A stretch of DNA of 11,936 nucleotides from an uncultured archaeon (GTDB taxonomy: Archaea > Asgardarchaeota > Thorarchaeia > Thorarchaeales > Thorarchaeaceae), in NCBI GenBank assembly GCA_964590575.1, contig CAZPWM010000097.1, positions 1 to 11,936 of the forward strand, read 5' to 3'. The notes under the pieces are model-generated. The model was not told where the DNA came from and made no database searches. It was given only the letters and a program-made list of their open reading frames with translations. The position numbers were made by a program, and so were the translations under genes. Position 1 is the stretch's first letter. Each line of letters begins with the position of its first letter. Shown here one piece after another: positions 8,013 through 11,936 of this stretch.

Positions 8013-8969
8013 TTGAATAAATCGTATTTTCAGAGCTTTTTGATTGTTGTTTCAAGCTTAGTATTTCCATGTGCTGTTATGGAGTATAGTACACCACTAT
8101 TCACATACGTTCAAGTATGGATTTTCCCTTTTGGGGCTTTTTTTCAAGAATTCGGGATTGGTAATTATCCTACATCCAGCCAATTTGTTATGCTATTCTC
8201 TCAGAGCTATCTGATTCTATTCAGTATAATAGAACTAGTGACAAGCGTGGCGATTGGACTGATTCTTGCCACAATAGTAGTTACATTACAAGAAAGCACA
8301 GATATCATTAAGAAAATATATGTCTTCACGATTTTATTATTATTAATTACAATACAAGTTGCTCTCGCTATTGATGTGGTGACATTATTTGCGTTAGGTG
8401 GATCCTTATTATGGGCTAATTACATCTTCCCTCTACCAATCCCACTTCTCATAGCGATCCTATTGTTAAAGCATAAAGGCTTTAGATTTATGCGTGAATC
8501 GTATTTTCAGGGGTTTTTAATTTTTATTTCAAGCCTAATGTTGCCATTCGCTGTCGTGGGCTTTGAGACTAATAGCCAAAATTGGCTCTTCCCATTTGGT
8601 GTGTATCAACTAAGTTTTAGTGAACATCTAGTAAGGAGTGGATTTCTTATGCCATTCTATCGTGAAAATTGGTTTCCTTATTTCATCATATTTGCAGTTG
8701 TCTGGGGGGCGATAGGACTGATTTTTGCCGCAGAAGTGATTAAATTATGGGGAGGTAAAAAATTCACTAAGAAAGCATTTTCTATTTCTATTATATTGCT
8801 TACATTGGAAATTGTTGGCCCCATTGTAGCGGTATTATTGATGTATGGCTGGACCTTAGCATATATTTCATATATCATTCCTCTACCGATTCCATATCTC
8901 GTAGCAATTCTATTACTGAGGCGTCGCGGTGTCACGCTTATGTCTGTAAAGAAACTTAGAAGATCTTGA
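8013..8969 (+). CDS. Hypothetical integral membrane protein made of two tandem ~159 aa homologous halves
   Basis: Hydrophobic throughout; both halves carry SYFQ.FLI..SSL..P.AV, W.FPFG, IGLI.A, YI.PLPIP.L.AILLL. Start placed at TTG 8013 (GGAGTTGAGG upstream; aligns with ATG 8490 of the second half); ATG 7989 is an alternative. The ORF-track start at 7860 lies inside the repeat hairpin and is unlikely. Confidence 0.82.
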   Translation: MNKSYFQSFLIVVSSLVFPCAVMEYSTPLFTYVQVWIFPFGAFFQEFGIGNYPTSSQFVMLFSQSYLILFSIIELVTSVAIGLILATIVVTLQESTDIIKKIYVFTILLLLITIQVALAIDVVTLFALGGSLLWANYIFPLPIPLLIAILLLKHKGFRFMRESYFQGFLIFISSLMLPFAVVGFETNSQNWLFPFGVYQLSFSEHLVRSGFLMPFYRENWFPYFIIFAVVWGAIGLIFAAEVIKLWGGKKFTKKAFSISIILLTLEIVGPIVAVLLMYGWTLAYISYIIPLPIPYLVAILLLRRRGVTLMSVKKLRRS

Positions 8970-9008
8970 AATAACTCATGATATACTTTAGATTCAATTC
9001 ATTATTCA

Positions 9009-9032
9009 TACAGACAAGAGAAGCAGAGGTTG
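9009..9032 (+). repeat. Gene-tail repeat copy 7 (short, degenerate)
   Basis: TAC AGA CAA GAG AAG CAG AGG TTG = YRQEKQ(R)(L). Confidence 0.75.
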
Positions 9033-9119
9033 CCTTCTCCATAGTAGCCAGTGTTTGCTACCAACTAGCCTCTTGAGGTGAATGGTCAATCACTCTTGGT
9101 ATAGTTGAACTATACATCT

Positions 9120-9188
9120 AGAGAAACAGATGTAGTTTCAAGTTCAGATCCAGAGATGGGCTTCCTTTCTCTTCATTCTTCTTTTTCT
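9120..9188 (+). repeat. Gene-tail repeat copy 8 (5'-truncated) with imperfect terminator hairpin
   Basis: a GAG AAA CAG ATG TAG tttcaag = EKQM*; then AGAGAtGG-gctt-CCttTCTCT (9152-9172) and a long T/C tract. Confidence 0.88.
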
Positions 9189-9202
9189 AACACAATCAAT
9201 TG

Positions 9203-10690
9203 TCATCGTAATCTATTGGCTTCCAAGAACTTAGCCCAATATCGCTCATTTCTGAAGATATAAGTGGTCGGAACTGCGGACTTAAAACCGATTCCGGATT
9301 TTTCCCGCCGAAAACCACTAGTCCTCTCTTGACAACTTCTGCAATAAGGCACGCCAAGCGCCACAGCGTACTGCCTAAGACCAGCAACAGCGAACTCCTC
9401 ACTATGGTCTATACGCACCTCAGCCGGACCGCAACAGAGACAACAGCAGTCAGGCCAGACCACATCCTTTCTGAGCGTTTCCACTTCGTATTCAGGCGAG
9501 GAGCTTACCTCGCCGCTGACTTCAAACGTGTCTATGACCGAGGAATCCTCCGAGCTGCGAAAAGCATGCAGAATCTTCCCATAAGACACAAAGACCATCC
9601 CGAAGCTAACTACTGGCCTGCTGATATCAGCCATCAACCCACCCGGGAGGCTCTCCGACTCCCACCGCTTGGTGACACGGGAAGTGTTGATGACGATGAT
9701 CTTGTCGATTGAGGTCACGAAAATGAATCCGTTCGCTATATCCCATGAGTCCCTGGTGACAAGTGATTTGATACAGGTGTGCCATTGCTCCTCTCCGGTG
9801 GAGAGATCGTAGGCCAATATGACATTCGCTGTGTGGAGCGGAATTGTTTTACCAACTAGTCCTTCTACGTAGAGAGTATTGCCTTGCACTACCATAGAGT
9901 CCATCTTCTCCATAGTTGGTGTGAACATTGCCGCAACTTTTCCGCTGGACAGATCTAGTCCAACCAGCTTCTTTGTACAGTATGCATATCCGCCGGCAAT
10001 CGTTGGGGGGCGACCGTAGTGCAGCACATCATGAGCCTCCCACAAGACAGCCCCGTTGTTGGGGTCAAGTGCATACAGGTTGTCATCTGCAGCAATCAGC
10101 AACTTGTCCTCGACCAGTATAGGAATGGAGTGGTTCTTGTGTTTTGACTTCCATATCCATCGTCTGGAACCATTAGAAGAATCAATTGCATAGACATGCT
10201 TGTCTTGGCATCCGAAGAAGACTGTCCCATAAGCCACAGTAGGGCATGATATTTCGCCCCCAGAAGAGAATTGCCATCTTCCTTTGCCGGTTTCCATATC
10301 AACAGCATGCAGCTTCTTATCCTTGGTTGTCACATAGACGACCCCTTCAGCCAAGACCGGTCCTTCGACCCAATTAATGAAGTCTTTACCAGAAGAGAAA
10401 TGCCAAATTTCAGAGCCTGTTTGGGAATCAAGAGCGTACATCTTCTTATCATTACTAGGGGCGAATATAATGTCGTTTTCCTCGATAAGAGGAAGCTTCA
10501 ACCCCTTGCCCATTTTGAAAGTCCACTTCACTGATCCTGACATAGCATCAAGCGCGTAGATGATACCTTTCTTGCTTCCAAAGATGATTGTGCTGCTCTC
10601 TGAGGTTGTGCCTCCTTGACGGAGGCCAAATATACTGCTATCTGCCTGAAACTCCCAAGACTTCTCCAACGGAGGAACTGGTTTTGACAT
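9203..10690 (-). CDS. PQQ-binding-like beta-propeller repeat protein with C-terminal Cys-rich domain
   Basis: Repeated YALD..(S/T)G...W.F units (YALDAMSGSVKWTF, YALDSQTGSEIWHF, HAVDMETGKGRWQF, YAIDSSNGSRRWIW, YALDPNNGAVLWEA, AYDLSTGEEQWHT); C-terminal WPDCCCLCCGP...VPYCRSC; no signal peptide apparent. Confidence 0.9.
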   Translation of the reverse strand: MSKPVPPLEKSWEFQADSSIFGLRQGGTTSESSTIIFGSKKGIIYALDAMSGSVKWTFKMGKGLKLPLIEENDIIFAPSNDKKMYALDSQTGSEIWHFSSGKDFINWVEGPVLAEGVVYVTTKDKKLHAVDMETGKGRWQFSSGGEISCPTVAYGTVFFGCQDKHVYAIDSSNGSRRWIWKSKHKNHSIPILVEDKLLIAADDNLYALDPNNGAVLWEAHDVLHYGRPPTIAGGYAYCTKKLVGLDLSSGKVAAMFTPTMEKMDSMVVQGNTLYVEGLVGKTIPLHTANVILAYDLSTGEEQWHTCIKSLVTRDSWDIANGFIFVTSIDKIIVINTSRVTKRWESESLPGGLMADISRPVVSFGMVFVSYGKILHAFRSSEDSSVIDTFEVSGEVSSSPEYEVETLRKDVVWPDCCCLCCGPAEVRIDHSEEFAVAGLRQYAVALGVPYCRSCQERTSGFRREKSGIGFKSAVPTTYIFRNERYWAKFLEANRLR

Positions 10691-10780
10691 GATATGTAGA
10701 ACTCCCTTAACTCACCGACTGTCTTGGGAAACGGATGGAATGGAGCTTCCTTGAAGATAAGGATGTCGATTCTGATCTTC

Positions 10781-10816
10781 TTGCTGCACCGACAAGAGAA
10801 ACAGATGTAGTTTTCA
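10781..10816 (+). repeat. Gene-tail repeat copy 9 (5'-truncated)
   Basis: TTG CTG CAC CGA CAA GAG AAA CAG ATG TAG ttttca = LLHRQEKQM*. Confidence 0.88.
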
Positions 10817-10825
10817 GTTTCAAGT

Positions 10826-10858
10826 GAGAGAGGGTTTCCCTCTCTCCTTTACTTTTCC
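10826..10858 (+). terminator. Stem-loop plus pyrimidine tract belonging to repeat copy 9
   Basis: GAGAGAGGG-ttt-CCCTCTCTC (perfect 9 bp) then ctttacttttcc. Confidence 0.72.
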
Positions 10859-10866
10859 AATTGCAG

Positions 10867-11802
10867 TCACAAAGGAAACTGTTTGGATAGCCAAGGACAG
10901 CAATCTCTGTTTGTCCTGTGGAAGTCCTCCCAGGTAAGCCATCCTAACCTACGGCGTATCTTAAGCCAATCCAGATTCTTCCTGTGAGGCAGGTCGACAG
11001 CTATGGATTCTGCATTCCTCTTGTAATCATTGAATTTGCATCCATATAACCTGCGAGAGGGATGGATTTTGAACATTTGAGGTGTCAACAGGAGGAACAG
11101 TGTGTTCTCAGGATTCCTCTTGGATAATGGTTCACAGAGATGTTTGTTTTCTTCCAACAGGACATCGATGATTCTAGAAATCTGGTTCCGAGTGGCGTCA
11201 TAGGTGATCTGATAGCTGATGTCTGACAACACCTTTGCTTCTACTAGCACTGCGAACCCGTTGCTGGGATTTATGAGCAAGGCGTCTAGGTGTGTGGGAC
11301 CTTCCACATTCTTCTTTCCATAAGCACTGCTTAAGACGTGGGGTACGAATTGGCGCTCATGTAAGTTTCGGCGAAGCCACGCCTTGTAGGAGGGCGGTGA
11401 GGGGAGGGTGGTTTCAAAGAATAGCTCTAAATCTCCTTCCAGACACTCTCGCCAAGAAGCCAAGCCGGTAAGAGGAGGAGTTTCACCAAAAGCCTCAATG
11501 AAGAGCTTCTGCAACCTCTGAAGTCGTCGTTCGTCATAGAACATTATCATCATACAGGAGGCAACCCAGAACCGTTCATCCTTCTCTATCTGACAGGGTT
11601 CCTTCATCTTTGACAGAGGTCTTCCTCTCATATCCGGGGTGTCAGCAAGAAAACGATGATACCTTTGGATGCTATTCTTGTAGTAGCTCAGATGCTTCTC
11701 ATTCCTAATGCATTCTCCTCGATACTTGACCTTGGCAAAATGGTTCATCAACTGCTCTTCCGTGAAAGGTAGATATGTATCATCTAAAACATCTTTCATC
11801 AA
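10867..11802 (-). CDS. Hypothetical protein, probable PD-(D/E)xK nuclease fold
   Basis: 311 aa, GGGAG RBS; EGPTHLDALL...AVLVEAKVLSDI...RNQISR resembles the D...ExK...Q catalytic arrangement of PD-(D/E)xK nucleases. Start TTG 11802 or ATG 11799. Confidence 0.7.
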   Translation of the reverse strand: MMKDVLDDTYLPFTEEQLMNHFAKVKYRGECIRNEKHLSYYKNSIQRYHRFLADTPDMRGRPLSKMKEPCQIEKDERFWVASCMMIMFYDERRLQRLQKLFIEAFGETPPLTGLASWRECLEGDLELFFETTLPSPPSYKAWLRRNLHERQFVPHVLSSAYGKKNVEGPTHLDALLINPSNGFAVLVEAKVLSDISYQITYDATRNQISRIIDVLLEENKHLCEPLSKRNPENTLFLLLTPQMFKIHPSRRLYGCKFNDYKRNAESIAVDLPHRKNLDWLKIRRRLGWLTWEDFHRTNRDCCPWLSKQFPL

Positions 11803-11840
11803 TGATTACTCCCTACTTCAAGAATAATTCGTTCGATATG

Positions 11841-11924
11841 AATCTGCTGAAGATTGTCATGGCACGGGAAATTCTCGGACCTGACTACTTATCTTACAGG
11901 CAAGAGAAACGGACGTAGTTTCAA
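11841..11924 (+). repeat. Gene-tail repeat copy 10 (longest, intact frame)
   Basis: AAT CTG CTG AAG ATT GTC ATG GCA CGG GAA ATT CTC GGA CCT GAC TAC TTA TCT TAC AGG CAA GAG AAA CGG ACG TAG tttcaa = NLLKIVMAREILGPDYLSYRQEKRT*; any hairpin would fall beyond the window edge. Confidence 0.95.
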
Positions 11925-11936
11925 TTATCAAATCGA

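Noticed and set aside
1361-10559. Other short ORFs nested in or antisense to the main genes (e.g. 1361-1972 set, 2714..2944, 4217..4573, 5094-5430 set, 6402..6728, 8678..8935, 9329..9712, 9928-10559 set)
   Set aside because: Fully or largely overlap well-supported genes and have no motifs or RBS support.
908-11924. CRISPR array interpretation of the repeat
   Set aside because: Copies are separated by 0.1-2.1 kb gene-bearing segments, vary in length and sequence, and no cas genes are present.
908-11924. Classical integron attC sites
   Set aside because: No RYYYAAC/GTTRRRY cores or full-length imperfect palindrome, genes are in mixed orientation, and the repeat shows codon-type variation.
908-11924. 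MITE/IS ends or REP elements
   Set aside because: No terminal inverted repeats or target-site duplications seen, no transposase, and all ten copies share one orientation.
1-11936. tRNA, rRNA, integrase or transposase genes
   Set aside because: No cloverleaf or T-loop pattern, rRNA-like sequence, or recombinase/DDE motifs recognised by eye; no covariance-model search was run.

Overview
Prokaryotic accessory region, probably archaeal (inferred from the GSI-alpha-type glnA, TATA-like boxes, GGTG/GAGG ribosome-binding motifs and gene content). It holds nine genes in mixed orientation, forming eight functionally unrelated units: a partial DUF362 protein, glutamine synthetase, a polytopic membrane protein with a C-terminal EEP hydrolase domain, an MBL-fold hydrolase, a trypsin-like serine protease plus a stand-alone copy of its own N-terminal domain, a small membrane protein, an internally duplicated membrane protein, a PQQ-type beta-propeller with a Cys-rich tail, and a PD-(D/E)xK-like nuclease. 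The standout feature is a dispersed repeat found 10 times, always on the + strand, in every gap between these units. The repeat behaves like protein-coding DNA: it reads (LLKIV)MAREI(L/F)GP(D/E)YLxYRQEKQM-stop, copies differ mostly at synonymous or conservative positions, and several are followed by a stem-loop and pyrimidine tract. It looks like the 3' tail plus terminator of a host gene (resembling the last helix of an acyl-CoA dehydrogenase), left behind repeatedly with variable truncation. The window therefore reads as an array of 1-2 gene cassettes punctuated by displaced gene tails, with no integrase or attC sites visible.
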